Origin: an uncultured Chloroflexia bacterium
Lineage (GTDB): Bacteria; Chloroflexota; Limnocylindria; Limnocylindrales; CSP1-4
Direction: 5' to 3'
NCBI GenBank assembly: GCA_963746845.1
Contig: CAVVCZ010000007.1
Coordinates: 60,488-124,487, forward strand
Length of the DNA: 64,000 nucleotides
The notes below the pieces were generated by a model. That model was not told the origin of the DNA. It made no database searches and saw only the letters and a program-made list of their open reading frames with translations. Below, piece after piece: positions 38,564-49,627 of this stretch. How positions within the stretch are numbered: position 1 is the first letter of the stretch; each line of letters opens with the position of its first letter. Position numbers and translations under genes: made by a program.

Positions 38564-38673
38564 GGGAGGGACAGGACGTTCGACCGGGTGGTTTCCGAAC
38601 AGGGGCGTGCTATCCTCGCCCGCCCGAGCGAGCCGCTGAGGCCCGCCGCCCACGGGAGTCCGACTCCGTCCCG

Positions 38674-40899
38674 ATGACCGCGCTCCCCGCGTCCTCCGCC
38701 AGCCCCGAACCGTCCGAAACCCGACGGTCGGGTGCGGTCGCCACGGGCAGTGCCCCCGCGGCGAAGCCACGGACGCCCCGCGAGAGCCGACGCGCGACGA
38801 AGACCGCGTACGTCAACCGCGAGCTGTCCTGGCTGGACTACGCGGGCCGGGTCCTGTACGAGGCGCGCGACGAGCGGAACGCGGTCCTCGACCGGGTGAA
38901 CTTCCTGACGATCTTCGCGAGCATGCTCGACGAGTTCTTCCAGATCCGGGTCTCGGGGCTCCGCCAGCAGGTCCACGCCGGCTCGACCACCACCTCCCCG
39001 GACGGCCTGACCGCCGGCGAGCAGCTCGCCGCGTCGCGGGAACAGGTCCTCGCGCTCGTCACCGAGCACAGCGCGGCATGGGCGGACGTCCGACGAGCCC
39101 TGGCGGCGGCCGGGATCGAGATCGTCAAGTACAACTCGATCCCCGAGCACCACGAGAGCCTCCGCCAGCGGTTCATCGACGAGATCTATCCCGTGCTGAC
39201 CCCGCTCGCGGTCGATCCGGGCCACCCGTTCCCGTACATCTCGACGCTGAGCCTGTCGATCGCGGTCGGGCTGCGCAACCCGGAGACCGGCGACCTGCAG
39301 TTCGCCCGGGTCAAGGTGCCGCAGATCCTGCCGCGGCTCTACCAGGTGGAGCCGAACCGGTTCGTCCTCCTCGACTCGATCATCGGCGCGAACCTCGACC
39401 TCCTGTTCAGCGGCATGGAGGTCGTCGAGCACCACCTCTTCCGGGTCACCCGCAACGCGGACCTGGCGCTCGAGGAGGACGAGGCCGACGACCTGCTGCT
39501 CGCGATCGAGGAGGAGCTCCGACGGCGGCGCTTCGGCGAGGCGGTCCGTCTCGAGGTCGAGCGATCGATGCCCGCCGGAACCCGGGCGATCCTTCTGAAC
39601 GGGCTCGGCCTCGGCGAGGACGACGCCTACGAGGTCCGGGGCATGCTCGACCTGACGGGTCTGCGTGACCTCGTCGACCTCGATCGCCCGGACCTGAAGG
39701 GCGAGCCCTGGACCCCGGTCACGCCGCCCCGCCTGGTCCCGCCCGACGAGGACGAGCCGGCCGACGTCTTCGCCGCGATCCGTCTCGGTGACCTCCTCGT
39801 CCACCACCCGTACGAGAGCTTCTCGGCGTCCGTCGAGCGGTTCATCGGGCAGGCCGTCGACGACCCTGAGGTCCTGACGATCAAGATGACGCTCTACCGG
39901 ACGTCGGGCGACTCGCCGATCGTCCGGGACCTGATCCGCGCGGCGGAGCGCGGCAAGCAGGTCGTCGTCCTCGTCGAGATCAAGGCCCGCTTCGACGAAG
40001 AGGCGAACATCGTCTGGGCCCGCCGACTGGAGCAGGCGGGCGCCCACGTCGTGTACGGCCTCGTCGGGCTGAAGACGCACTCGAAGGTCTGTCTCGTCGT
40101 CCGGCGCGAGGGCTCCGGGCTCCGCCGGTACGTCCACATCGGGACCGGCAACTACAACCCGAAGACCGCCCGCCTGTACACGGATCTCGGCCTCCTGACG
40201 ACCCGGCCGGAGCTCGGCGCGGACGTGACGGACCTGTTCAACGTCCTGACCGGGCTGTCGCGCCAGCGGACGTTCCGGCGGCTGCTCGTCGCGCCGCACG
40301 GCCTGCGGTCGCGGTTCCTCGAGCTCGTCGACCGGGAGATCGAGCACGCCAAGCTCGGCCGCGAGGCGCGGATCGTCGTGAAGCTCAACGCGATCGTCGA
40401 CCAACCCTCGATCGAGGCCCTCTACCGCGCGTCGCGGGCAGGCGTCGCGGTCCAGGTGATCGCCCGCGCGGCGTGCTCGCTCCTGCCCGGTGTGAAGGGC
40501 CTGTCCGAGACGATCTCCGTCCGCTCGATCCTGGGTGAGTTCCTGGAGCACTCCCGGATCTGGGGGTTCGCCAACGGCGGCGACGCGGACTGGTACATCG
40601 GCTCGGCCGACCTGATGGACCGGAACCTGGACCGGCGGGTCGAGGCGATGGTCCCGGTCGAGGATTCCGACGCCCGCAACCGGCTGGCCGAGATCATCGA
40701 GGTCATGCTCGCCGACGACCGGCGCTCCTGGCAGCTCGGACCCGATGCGGTCTGGCGCCGGACCGAGGACATCACCGGCCATCCGGGGACGTGCGACACG
40801 CACCGGGAGCTGAAGGCGCGAGCGCTCGGCGCGGTGCAGGTCGCGACCACGCCGCATCGACCGCGCGCCGGTGTCGGGTCGCTGGACCCACGCGCCTGA
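38674..40899 (+). CDS. ppk: polyphosphate kinase 1
   Basis: PPK1 N-terminal motif RELSWLDYAGRVLYEA...RVNFLTIFASMLDEFFQIRV, two PLD-like HKD regions, about 742 aa. ATG at 38674 inside the longer tracked ORF. Confidence 0.9.
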   Translation: MTALPASSASPEPSETRRSGAVATGSAPAAKPRTPRESRRATKTAYVNRELSWLDYAGRVLYEARDERNAVLDRVNFLTIFASMLDEFFQIRVSGLRQQVHAGSTTTSPDGLTAGEQLAASREQVLALVTEHSAAWADVRRALAAAGIEIVKYNSIPEHHESLRQRFIDEIYPVLTPLAVDPGHPFPYISTLSLSIAVGLRNPETGDLQFARVKVPQILPRLYQVEPNRFVLLDSIIGANLDLLFSGMEVVEHHLFRVTRNADLALEEDEADDLLLAIEEELRRRRFGEAVRLEVERSMPAGTRAILLNGLGLGEDDAYEVRGMLDLTGLRDLVDLDRPDLKGEPWTPVTPPRLVPPDEDEPADVFAAIRLGDLLVHHPYESFSASVERFIGQAVDDPEVLTIKMTLYRTSGDSPIVRDLIRAAERGKQVVVLVEIKARFDEEANIVWARRLEQAGAHVVYGLVGLKTHSKVCLVVRREGSGLRRYVHIGTGNYNPKTARLYTDLGLLTTRPELGADVTDLFNVLTGLSRQRTFRRLLVAPHGLRSRFLELVDREIEHAKLGREARIVVKLNAIVDQPSIEALYRASRAGVAVQVIARAACSLLPGVKGLSETISVRSILGEFLEHSRIWGFANGGDADWYIGSADLMDRNLDRRVEAMVPVEDSDARNRLAEIIEVMLADDRRSWQLGPDAVWRRTEDITGHPGTCDTHRELKARALGAVQVATTPHRPRAGVGSLDPRA

Positions 40900-40930
40900 T
40901 GGCCCAGCGCCGGACCGCGAGCCCGCGCCC

Positions 40931-42850
40931 GTGAGCACGACCTCGCGCGAAGGGCGGCCGGTCGAGATCGAGCTGAAGTACCGCGTCATCGATCGGCCGG
41001 CGGGTGATCACTACCTCGGCGCGGACGACGTCGCCGGGTTCGTCCCCGCGTCGGCGGTCCGCTCGGCCCAGGTCGAGGATCGCTACATCGACACGGTCGA
41101 CGGCGCCCTGGCCCGTGCCGGATTCGCGGCGCGGATCCGCCAGACGGCCAAGACGACGACCGTCGCGGTGAAGTCCGCCATCCGCCGGCGTGACCGGGGC
41201 GGCCTCCATCGGCGCGAGGAGCTGGAAGGTCCCGCCGACCGGACCTCGCCGCCGCGCGACTGGCCCCCGTCCGATGCCCGCTCCCTGATCCTCGAGCAAT
41301 GCGGCGACGCGCCGCTCGTCGAGGTCGTCACGATCCGTCAGCTTCGCCGGAAGCGGATCCTCGAGCGCGACGGGACGGCCGTCGAGGTGAGCCTCGACGA
41401 GGTGGATGCGGTCACGCGGAGCCGGGTCGTCGGCCGGTTCGTCGAGCTCGAGTTCGAGCTGGTGCGCGGCGACGAGGCCGCCCTCGTCGACATCGAACGG
41501 ACCCTCGCCGCCGACCCCGGGCTGGCACCGGCCGATTCGTCGAAGCTGGAGTCCGCGCTCCGCGCGGTGACCTCGACCGAATCACGCCGCGCCCGGAAGG
41601 GCGACCGCCTCCTGCCCCCGGTCGACGTCGACGACGCCGACGGCGAGGCGGATGCGGACGGCGAGCGCTTCGACGACGGCCAGGACGTCGGCCGGATCGT
41701 CGCGGCGGCGCTGGGCGAGGCTGCCCGTACCGCCGAGCCCGCCCCTCCCGCGAGCGGCGGAGCCACGCCGGCGGCGGCGGCGGCGAAGCGACGCACGGCA
41801 CCACGGACGGAGCCGGACGTCACACCGGTGATGGCGGGCGCATCCGTGCCCGAGGCAGCCCCGCCGAAGCCGGTCGCGACGACGCCGGACGATCCGGACG
41901 AGCGGCCGCGCCTCGTCGTCGGCAAGACGCCGGGCGTCCTCGCCGACGACCACCTCGCCGAGGCAGGCCGGAAGGTGCTCCGCTTCCACCTGGCCCGGAT
42001 GATCGCCCGCGAGGCCGGCACCCGGACCGGTGACGACCCCGAGGACCTCCACGCGATGCGCGTGGCGACCCGTCGCCAGCGGGCCGCGTGGCGGATCTTC
42101 GGCGAGGCGTTCCGCGACCGGCGCACGAAGGCCCATCGACGGCGCCTCCGCGAGGTCGCGTCGCGACTCGGGGCGGTCCGCGATCTCGACGTGCTGCTCG
42201 AGGCGATGGACGTCTATCGGGCGGACCTGCCGGTCGTCGAGCAGCGCGCCCTCGAGCCGCTGGTCGCGGCGTGGCGCGTCCACCGCGACGACGCGCGGGT
42301 GCTCCTCCTCCGCGAGCTCGATTCCGACGGATACCGTCGCTGGCTCGACGACTACGCGGAGTTCGTCCGGCACGAAGGCCTGGGCGCGCGACCGGTCGCC
42401 CCGACCGAGCCGCATCGGGTGCGAGACACCGCCGCGTCACGGGTCCAGGCCGCCTACGAGCAGGTCCGGGCCTACGAGCCGGTCCTGCGCTGGGCGGATG
42501 TCGACACGCTCCACGAGCTCCGGATCGCCGGGAAGTGGCTGCGCTACACGCTGGAGTTCGTGCGCGAGGCGCTCGGGCCGGACGCGGACGCCCTGATCGG
42601 CCGGGTCACGGCCCTCCAGGACCATCTCGGGCTCATGCACGACGCCGACGTCGCCGCGCACCTGGCGCGCGACTTCCTCCTTGACCACGCAGGCGACCTC
42701 AGCGACCTCGAGAGCGGCGCGATCGGGCGCTACCTCGTGAGCCGCGAACGGGAGGTCAACCGTCTGCGCCGGACCGTCGGCCCGACCTGGCGCGGCGTGA
42801 GCGGGATCGGGTTCCGGCGCGGCCTCGGACGGGCGCTCGCGGGTCTCTAG
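40931..42850 (+). CDS. CYTH-domain plus CHAD-domain protein
   Basis: N-terminal CYTH (EIELKY...E.E.E acidic pattern), C-terminal CHAD (HAMRVATRRQRAAWRIFGEAF...LREVASRLGAVRDLDV). Start is the GTG at 40931 or the upstream GTG at 40871, which overlaps the ppk1 end. Confidence 0.8.
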   Translation: MSTTSREGRPVEIELKYRVIDRPAGDHYLGADDVAGFVPASAVRSAQVEDRYIDTVDGALARAGFAARIRQTAKTTTVAVKSAIRRRDRGGLHRREELEGPADRTSPPRDWPPSDARSLILEQCGDAPLVEVVTIRQLRRKRILERDGTAVEVSLDEVDAVTRSRVVGRFVELEFELVRGDEAALVDIERTLAADPGLAPADSSKLESALRAVTSTESRRARKGDRLLPPVDVDDADGEADADGERFDDGQDVGRIVAAALGEAARTAEPAPPASGGATPAAAAAKRRTAPRTEPDVTPVMAGASVPEAAPPKPVATTPDDPDERPRLVVGKTPGVLADDHLAEAGRKVLRFHLARMIAREAGTRTGDDPEDLHAMRVATRRQRAAWRIFGEAFRDRRTKAHRRRLREVASRLGAVRDLDVLLEAMDVYRADLPVVEQRALEPLVAAWRVHRDDARVLLLRELDSDGYRRWLDDYAEFVRHEGLGARPVAPTEPHRVRDTAASRVQAAYEQVRAYEPVLRWADVDTLHELRIAGKWLRYTLEFVREALGPDADALIGRVTALQDHLGLMHDADVAAHLARDFLLDHAGDLSDLESGAIGRYLVSREREVNRLRRTVGPTWRGVSGIGFRRGLGRALAGL

Positions 42851-43797
42851 CTGATCCAGCCGTGGGCCAGCTCCTCGAGCCGGTCCCGCCAGCCCGTCCC
42901 GGCCCGGTCCGCCGCGATGATCGCGCCCTCCCGGATGCCGGTGTCGACGACGCGACCGGACGGCACGCCGACCCGGTCCAGGATCGCCTCGATGATCGCG
43001 GCGCCTCCGGCGAGCAGCCGGATCCGCGCCTCGCGCAGGCCGTACGTGGCCGCGAGCAGCTCCGCCGGGCCGGACGCCACGATCTCCCGCGCGGTCTCGA
43101 GCGCCGCGCGGTCGAGGACGTCGTTCCGCTCCGGGTCGCGGGCGCGGCGCAGCAGCTTCAGCAGGTTCGTCGCGGTGCCCCCGACGAAGATCACCTCGGT
43201 CGGCGGCCGACTCGGCGTCCAGTCGAAGGCCTCCGCGGCGGCCACGTTCAGCGCCGTGAACTGCTCCAGCGTGGGCGGGTCGCGATCGACGACCCGACGG
43301 GAGAGCCGACCCGCCCCGAGCTGGATGCCGGCGGCGCGAGCGAGACGTCCCGGGCCGATCTCCACGAGTTCGCTCGAGCCGCCGCCGATGTCGACGACGA
43401 GGAGATCGCTCTCGACGGCCCGACCGGCCGTCAGTCCGACGAGCGTCAGGAGCGCCTCCTCCTCGTGCTCGAGGACGCTCAGGGGCGTCCCGGTGCGCGA
43501 CGAGACCTCGGCGACGATCCGGGTCGCGTCGGCCAGGCGGCGGAGCGGCTCGGTGCCCATGACGATCGGCTCGCCGACCCCGAGGTCGCGGGCGAGGTCG
43601 ACATAGGCGCCGACGGTCGAGGCGAGGGTCGCCCGTCCGGCGGGCCCGAGCGATCCGGAGCCGTCCACGGCGGCGCCGAGCCCGAGGAATGTCGATTCGT
43701 CGTCGAGGACGACCAGCCCCGCCCGCTCCGGCCGGGCGATCAGCAGGTGGACGGACGTGGAGCCCAGGTCGATGGCGGCACCGGGACGCCGGGACAC
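42847..43797 (-). CDS. ppx: exopolyphosphatase / guanosine pentaphosphate phosphohydrolase (Ppx/GppA family)
   Basis: ASKHA-fold motifs AAIDLGSTSVHLLIA and DIGGGSSELV. 316 aa. Confidence 0.85.
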   Translation of the reverse strand: MSRRPGAAIDLGSTSVHLLIARPERAGLVVLDDESTFLGLGAAVDGSGSLGPAGRATLASTVGAYVDLARDLGVGEPIVMGTEPLRRLADATRIVAEVSSRTGTPLSVLEHEEEALLTLVGLTAGRAVESDLLVVDIGGGSSELVEIGPGRLARAAGIQLGAGRLSRRVVDRDPPTLEQFTALNVAAAEAFDWTPSRPPTEVIFVGGTATNLLKLLRRARDPERNDVLDRAALETAREIVASGPAELLAATYGLREARIRLLAGGAAIIEAILDRVGVPSGRVVDTGIREGAIIAADRAGTGWRDRLEELAHGWIS

Positions 43798-43812
43798 GGG
43801 TGGGCTGCCCCC

Positions 43813-44262
43813 TCAGGGGGTGGTCCGGGGACCGAACGCGGCGGCGTGCGCGCTCAGGACGAGCTGCTCGTGCCGCCGGCCGAGCGTCGTCGGCCGGTCG
43901 CCGCCGGGGCCGGGGCCCGCTTCCCCATCGGGACCCTCTTTGCCGCCGGGGCGGCCTTCGATGCTCGCGGTCGCGCCGCCGGAGCGCGCCGGCCGGGCCT
44001 GCAGCTCGCGGATCGCGTCGAGCAGCGCGCTGAGCTCGGTGATCTCGTCCCGGACCTCCGCCAGCCGGGTCGCCCGCTTGTCGCGGTTCCGTTTCGTCGC
44101 CTTCTCGAGTCGCGATGCGCGCCAGGTCTCCTCCGATCGGGCGGCGCCGAGGGCGAACTCGAGCCACTCGACGTGACGGGCGAGCGCCGCTGCGGGCGTC
44201 ATCACGGGCGCCGGCGCGGCGGCTGCGGTCTCGGATGCCGGCGTCGCCGGTTGCTCGGTCAT
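43813..44262 (-). CDS. hypothetical protein (coiled-coil plus Gly/Pro-rich segment)
   Basis: 149-aa ORF MTEQPATPAS... immediately upstream of ppx on the same strand. ATG at 44260-44262. No family recognised. Confidence 0.35.
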   Translation of the reverse strand: MTEQPATPASETAAAAPAPVMTPAAALARHVEWLEFALGAARSEETWRASRLEKATKRNRDKRATRLAEVRDEITELSALLDAIRELQARPARSGGATASIEGRPGGKEGPDGEAGPGPGGDRPTTLGRRHEQLVLSAHAAAFGPRTTP

Positions 44263-44360
44263 CGTGCCTCCTCGTCGGGCCCCCTGCGCATTCTCGCCGA
44301 CCGGGCGCCGCGGAGTCTCGGGCGCCCGGGTTAACGCGAGGTTATCGGCACGGGACACCC

Positions 44361-45068
44361 CTACAGCGCCAGGAACACCCCCATGACGATGAGCCAGAGC
44401 GACCAGGCGATGTAGGCGATCGGCACGATCGTCCCGGCCAGCGGCCAGCCATCGCGCTCGTTCGGGCCGACGAACTCGAGCGTGCCGACGAGGAGCGCGA
44501 GCCCGATCGGGACGGCCAGCCAGCCGAGCCATGCCGGCAGCGGTGTCGTCGTGACGATCGAGGCGGCCACGGCCAGGGTCCACAGGCCGGTGAACAGGTA
44601 CCCGAGGTGCTCGCCGATCCCCACGCCGAGCAGGCGATGGAGCGTCGCGAAGATCGTCTCGACCGTCCGGCGCTCCGCCGCGGCGTCAGCGGGCGATCGA
44701 TCGGGCGCGTCCGCCGCAACGTACCGTCGCGCGAGCTCGGGGACCGCGAACGGCCAGCGCACCAGTCCGAGCGCCTGGACCAGGGCCGCGGCGGCGCCGA
44801 GCGTGATCGCGAGGGCCGTCCAGACCGGCGCGGCGCCGAGCGCCACCGCGAGCAGGACCGCGAGCGGCAGCATCGCGAGCGCGCTCACGAGCAGCGCCTC
44901 CCAGCGGAGGATCAGCCCCGACCCGCCGGCATGGAACCGGCGAAGGATCTCGTCCGGTGCGCGACGGAGGATGTCCGGGTAGTCGAACGCCCGGCCCAGC
45001 GAGAAGAACGCCAGGTTGAACGCGATCGGCACGACGATCAGCAGGACGGCGGTCACGGTCTCGACCAT
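44361..45068 (-). CDS. DUF4386-family membrane protein
   Basis: 235 aa starting MVETVTAVLLIVVPIAFNLAFFSLGRAFDYPDILRRAPDEILRRFHAGG, matching the DUF4386 N-terminus. 6 TM. Confidence 0.5.
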   Translation of the reverse strand: MVETVTAVLLIVVPIAFNLAFFSLGRAFDYPDILRRAPDEILRRFHAGGSGLILRWEALLVSALAMLPLAVLLAVALGAAPVWTALAITLGAAAALVQALGLVRWPFAVPELARRYVAADAPDRSPADAAAERRTVETIFATLHRLLGVGIGEHLGYLFTGLWTLAVAASIVTTTPLPAWLGWLAVPIGLALLVGTLEFVGPNERDGWPLAGTIVPIAYIAWSLWLIVMGVFLAL

Positions 45069-45280
45069 CGCGGGAGTGTATCGGCCGGCCTCGGCCCCGT
45101 GTTGTTGACCCGCTGCAAACATCGCGGAAATCCGCGCCCTCGACGCTCTCGGGGGACCTCGATTCCGATCCGGCGGTCGTGCTCGGAGCGACGGCCGGTC
45201 CCTCCTCCTGGCCGGTGTGCTGCTCGGGCACACCGGCCAGCCTCGTTTCCGGGTAAGCGGACGTCGCGGAACCCCCGACC

Positions 45281-45372
45281 TGTTAATCGATGCTTAACAC
45301 CGTACAAAGCGACGGTTGACCCACGCTCGGCACGGTTCAGCCGTTGTCACGAGGCCGAGTCACGCCGTGACC
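45281..45372 (+). promoter_or_regulatory. pst promoter region: palindrome TGTTAA-N7-TTAACA (45281-45299) followed by PHO-box-like direct repeats (GGTTGAC, GGTTCAG, TGTCACG, AGTCACG; 45314-45364)
   Basis: Seen in sequence. Repeats resemble actinobacterial PhoP PHO-box units (GTTCACC-like at roughly 11-nt spacing). Located 40-130 bp upstream of the pstS TTG/RBS (GGAGAGGAGG). Confidence 0.4.
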
Positions 45373-45412
45373 GAACACCGTCGGCTCCCCAGGCCGGCGG
45401 AGAGGAGGACAC

Positions 45413-46652
45413 TTGATCGCGAGATCCCGCGTCGGCGCCGCCCTGACCGTCGCCAGCCTGTTCGTCGTCGCCGCCTGCAGCGGCGGTACCCTCAGTCCAT
45501 CACCGTCCGCCGCAGCCCCGTCGACGGTAGCAAGTGCTCCCGCAGACACTGGCGCTCCCTCTGGAGGAGCTCCCTCCGCATCGGTGGCAGCGCCGTCGGC
45601 CCAGGCAATCTCCTACCGCTGCTCGAAGGGCGACGGCCAGCTGAACGGCGCCGGATCGACATTCATCTTCCCGCTCATGCTCGAAGTGGGGCGACGACTA
45701 CAACACCAAGTGCGGCGTCAAGACTCAACTACCAGTCGATCGGCTCCGGCGGTGGCGTCGAAGGGCTGGACGCAGAACACCGTCGACTTCGGTGCCTCCG
45801 ACGCCTACCTCCAGGACGAGCGAGATCGCGGCCGCGGCCAAGAACGGCGAGCCGGTCGAGATCCCGGTCACCTTCGGGGCGGTGGTGGTCGCCTACAACC
45901 TGAAGGGCCTGTCGGCGCCGCTCAAGATGACGCCGGACATCGTCGCGAACCTGTTCCTGGGCAAGATCGCGAAGTGGAACGACCCTCGATCGCCGCGGCG
46001 AACCCGGGCGTGAACGCTGCCGGACATGGATGTCAGCGTCGTCCACCGCTCGGACGGGTCGGGCACCACGAGCATCTTCACCAACGTACCTGACGAAGGT
46101 CGAGCCCGGACTGGGTCACGACCGTCGGGGCCGGCGACCCGAAGAAGTCGGCCGGGCAAGACGGTCGGAATGGCCGACGGGTCTCGGGCGCGAGCGGCAA
46201 TGAGGGCGTCACCCAGGGGATCACCCAGACCGAGGGCGGGCGTCGGGTACATCGAGCTCGCGTACGCTCTGAAGAACAAGATCCCGTTCGCGGATGTGGC
46301 GAACAAGTCCGGCGCGTTCGTCACGCCGTCGCTCGACTCGGTCGAAAGCGGCCGCCGACCTGCCCGAGCTACCCGGCCGACCTGCGGTTCGACCTGGTCG
46401 ACACTCGACTCCCCGCACGGGCTATCCGATCACCGGGCACGACCTGGCTGATCATCTACAAGGACCTGTCGAAGGTGCTCAAGACCCAGGATCGAGCGAC
46501 CTCGTTGGCCGACTTTCTCTGGTGGGCGATCCACGAAGGCCAGGACAGTGCCGCGCCACTCTTCTATGCGGCGATCCCGGCAGGCCTGCTTCCGCAGGAC
46601 GAGGCGGCCGTGAAGTCGCTCAACTGGGGCGGCCAGGCGCTGCTGCCATAGT
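45413..46652 (+). pseudogene. pstS: phosphate ABC transporter substrate-binding protein PstS, broken into at least 4 frames
   Basis: N-terminal signal plus lipobox (VVAACSGG) and LNGAGSTFIFPLM in the first frame. Recognisable PstS segments then appear in shifted frames (SIGSGGGVEGL..., EIPVTFGAVVVAYNLKGL...KWNDP, VVHRSDGSGTTSIFT..., C-terminus ...KSLNWGGQALLP). Apparent stop at 46650-46652. Confidence 0.7.
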
Positions 46653-46761
46653 CTTCGATCCTCCTGTCACGACGCCGGCCCCCGGCATCCCGCGACGCCC
46701 GGGGCGGCGTCATCATTCCGGGAACCTACCCACTACATCGGGACGTGAGACGCTGCCGCAG

Positions 46762-47729
46762 ATGACGACCGTCGGTCAGGGCTTCGAGCAACGGCGATTG
46801 ACCAAGCGTTCCGTCGTGACCGGGGACCTCGTGTTCCGCGTGTTCACCGCCGCGCTGACATTCGCGGTTGTGCTCTTGATCAGCTTGATGGTCTACAAGA
46901 GCGTCGTGACCACCGTCCCGGTCTTCGACAAGTTCGGCGTTGTCGGCTTCGTCACCGGGACGCGATGGTCCCCGTCATTCGGAATCTACGGGGCCTTGCC
47001 GTTCATCTACGGGACGGTCCTGACCAGCGCAATGGCGCTCCTGATCGCAGTTCCGATCGCGCTTGGGATTGCGCTCCTCGTCACGGAGATGCTACCGCGA
47101 CGGATCGCCGGGCCCGTGGCCGTCGCCGTTGACCTGCTGGCCGCCATCCCGTCGGTCGTCTGGGGCCTGTGGGGGCTGCTCGTGCTCGTCCCGTTCCTGA
47201 GACCAATCGAGACGGCGATCGCCGGAAGCATCGGCCAGCTCATCCCGTTCCTTGGACCGCCCACGCCGGGACCCAGCTACTTCGCCGCCGGCGTCATCGT
47301 CGCGTTCATGATCATCCCGATCGTCGCCGCCGTCACCCGGGAGGTCTTCGCGGCCACCCCGCGGCTCCAGCGGGAGGCAGCCCTCGCCCTGGGCGGGACT
47401 CGCTGGGACGTCATCCGCCACGTCGTCGTCCCGATCGGGCGAACCGGCATCCAGGCGGCGGTGATCCTCGGGCTCGGACGGGCGATCGGCGAGACCATCG
47501 CGGTCACGCTCGTGATCGGGAACTCAACGAAGATCGGACCTCGATCTTTTCGCCAGGATTCTCGCTGGCCTCGGTCATCGCCAACGAGTTCAACGAAGCG
47601 ACCGAGCCGCTCCATCCGGAGTCGCTCATCACGCTGGGGGTCGTTCTGCTCGCGATCGCGGTGATCGTGAACGGTGCAGGTGTCGCCGTGCGTAGGCGCT
47701 TCGAGCAAGGTTCTGGCCGTGCTGGCTGA
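46762..47729 (+). pseudogene. pstC: phosphate ABC transporter permease PstC with a frameshift near 47530
   Basis: PstC TM core in one frame up to ...TLVIGNSTKIGP. The conserved C-terminus (IFSPGFSLASVIANEFNEATEPLHPESLITLGVVLL...) continues in another frame to the stop at 47727-47729. Confidence 0.7.
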
Positions 47730-47757
47730 TCCGACGCTCGTGTTCCGGCCGACGGGC

Positions 47758-48620
47758 CGCAGTCGCCTGGCAAGAGCCCGGCTGGTCTAGGTTCTCGCCG
47801 TCATCGCGCTGGTCGCTGCCCTGATCCCTCTGGTTTCCATCTTGACATTCCTCATCAGCCAGGGCATTGGCGTCATCCGGCTCGAGTTCCTCACCGAGGA
47901 CCCGCCAGGGCGATCTGAGCCAGGTCGGCGGCGGGATCCGGAATGCGGTTGTCGGCTCGCTCATGATGACCGGGCTTGCGACGATCTTCGCAGTGCCAGC
48001 CGGGATCCTCATCGCGGTCTTCAACCGGGAGATTGGAGGACGGCCGGCCGTCGCCATCCGCTTCCTGATGGACGTGCTCGTGGCGCTGCCGTCGATCGTG
48101 GTCGGGATCTTCGTCTACGAACTCGTCGTCGTCGCCCAGGGCCACTTCTCGGGGTTTGCCGGCTCGGTCGCTCTCGCGATCATCATGCTTCCGATCATCG
48201 TCATCTCGACCGAGGAGATGCTGCGCCTCGTTCCCGGCCCGGTTTCCGAAGGCGTCCGCGCCCTTGGGCTGACACGCTGGCGTTCGTACCTCGTCGGTGA
48301 TCATTCCGACGGCGCTGTCGGGGATCTTCACGGGCATCCTGCTCGCGGTCTCGCGCGCCATCGGCGAGACGGCGCCGCTGATCTTCACGGCGCTCGGCAA
48401 CAACTTCTTCACCCTGGACTTCAGCGAGCCCATGCAGGCGTTGCCGCTGTTGATCTATCGGAATGCGCTCAATTCCGCATTCCCGCGGCGCGCGACCGTG
48501 CGATGGGCGCTGCCCTTGTCCTCGTGGTGATCGTGCTCATCTTCAATCTTGTTGGCCGGTGGCTGGTGAGCAGACGTCTCGCCGAGCGACCGGCGCCAGT
48601 GAGCGGAACTGAGGTGCAGA
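47758..48620 (+). pseudogene. pstA: phosphate ABC transporter permease PstA with at least 3 frame breaks (approximate bounds)
   Basis: PstA segments alternate between frames: ...FLISQGIGVIRLEFLTEDPPG / ...GIRNAVVGSLMMTGLATIFAVPAGILIAV...ISTEEMLRLVPGPVSEGVRALGLTRW / IIPTALSGIFTGILLAVSRAIGETAPLIFTALGNNFF... / ...AMGAALVLVVIVLIFNLVGRWLVSRRL. Confidence 0.6.
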
Positions 48621-49470
48621 TGATCGCCGAGCTTGAACCCGATCCCGCTGACGTGTCCGCCGCCGTCCCGCAGGCGGCCATCGAGGTGGCGCCCAGGGAT
48701 ACGGACAATGTCCTGACCCTCGAGCATCTCGATGCCTATTACGGCAGCCGAAAGGTCGTCCGTGACGTGACGCTCGGCGTTCGGACGAACGCGATCACGG
48801 CGATCATCGGCCCGTCAGGAAGCGGCAAGTCCACGATGCTTCGATGCATCGACCGGATGCACGAAGTCATTCCGGGAGCCAGCGCGACCGGCACGATCCA
48901 GTATCGCGGAATCGACTCTATGGAGATGGGATCGATCCTGCAGCTGTTCGCCGGACGATCGGCATGGTCTTCCAGCAGCCGAACCCGTTCCCGACAAGTC
49001 GATCTTCGACAATGTCGTGGCCGCTCGGTTCAACGGCCTGGTCAAGGGCAAGACAGCGCGACGAGCTCGTCGAGACGAAGCCTTCGTCAGGCCGCCCTCT
49101 GGGACGAGGTCAAGGACAAGCTCAAGCAGAGCGGGCTCTCCCTGTCGGGCGGACAGCAACAGCGTCTCTGCATCGCGCGCGCGATTGCACGGAGCCGGAG
49201 ATGCTCCTGATGGACGAGCCGTGCTCGGCCCTCGATCCGCGCGCCACGCTTCAGATCGAGCAGCTGATGACCGAGCTCAAGGCCCGCTACACGATCGTCA
49301 TCGTGACCCACAACATGCAGCAGGCTGCCCGTGCATCGGACCGGACGGCGTTCCTGACGATGGGCGAGGATCGAGCAGGCTACGTCGTGGAGGAGGGTCG
49401 GACGGCCGACATCTTCACGAACCCGAAGCACCAGCTCACCGAGGACTATGTGTCGGGCCGATTCGGATGA
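48609..49470 (+). pseudogene. pstB: phosphate ABC transporter ATP-binding protein PstB with at least 3 frame breaks
   Basis: Walker A IIGPSGSGKST, TIGMVFQQPNPFP, signature LSGGQQQRLCIARAIA, Walker B MLLMDEPCSALDP and the C-terminus ...TEDYVSGRFG are all present but spread over alternating frames. Start is probably the ATG at about 48609 (MIAELEP...). Confidence 0.65.
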
Positions 49471-49627
49471 GCGAACGAGAGGCTGAGGACTGACCCATGA
49501 CCGACGATCCGAACGCCCAACGCTCGTCCCATGCATCTCCCGTCATCGCGGCGGCGATGACGGTTGTGCGGAAGCGGCCGATTCATACAACGAAGCCCAT
49601 CCGCCGCGTCCGAGCCTCGACCTGGAC

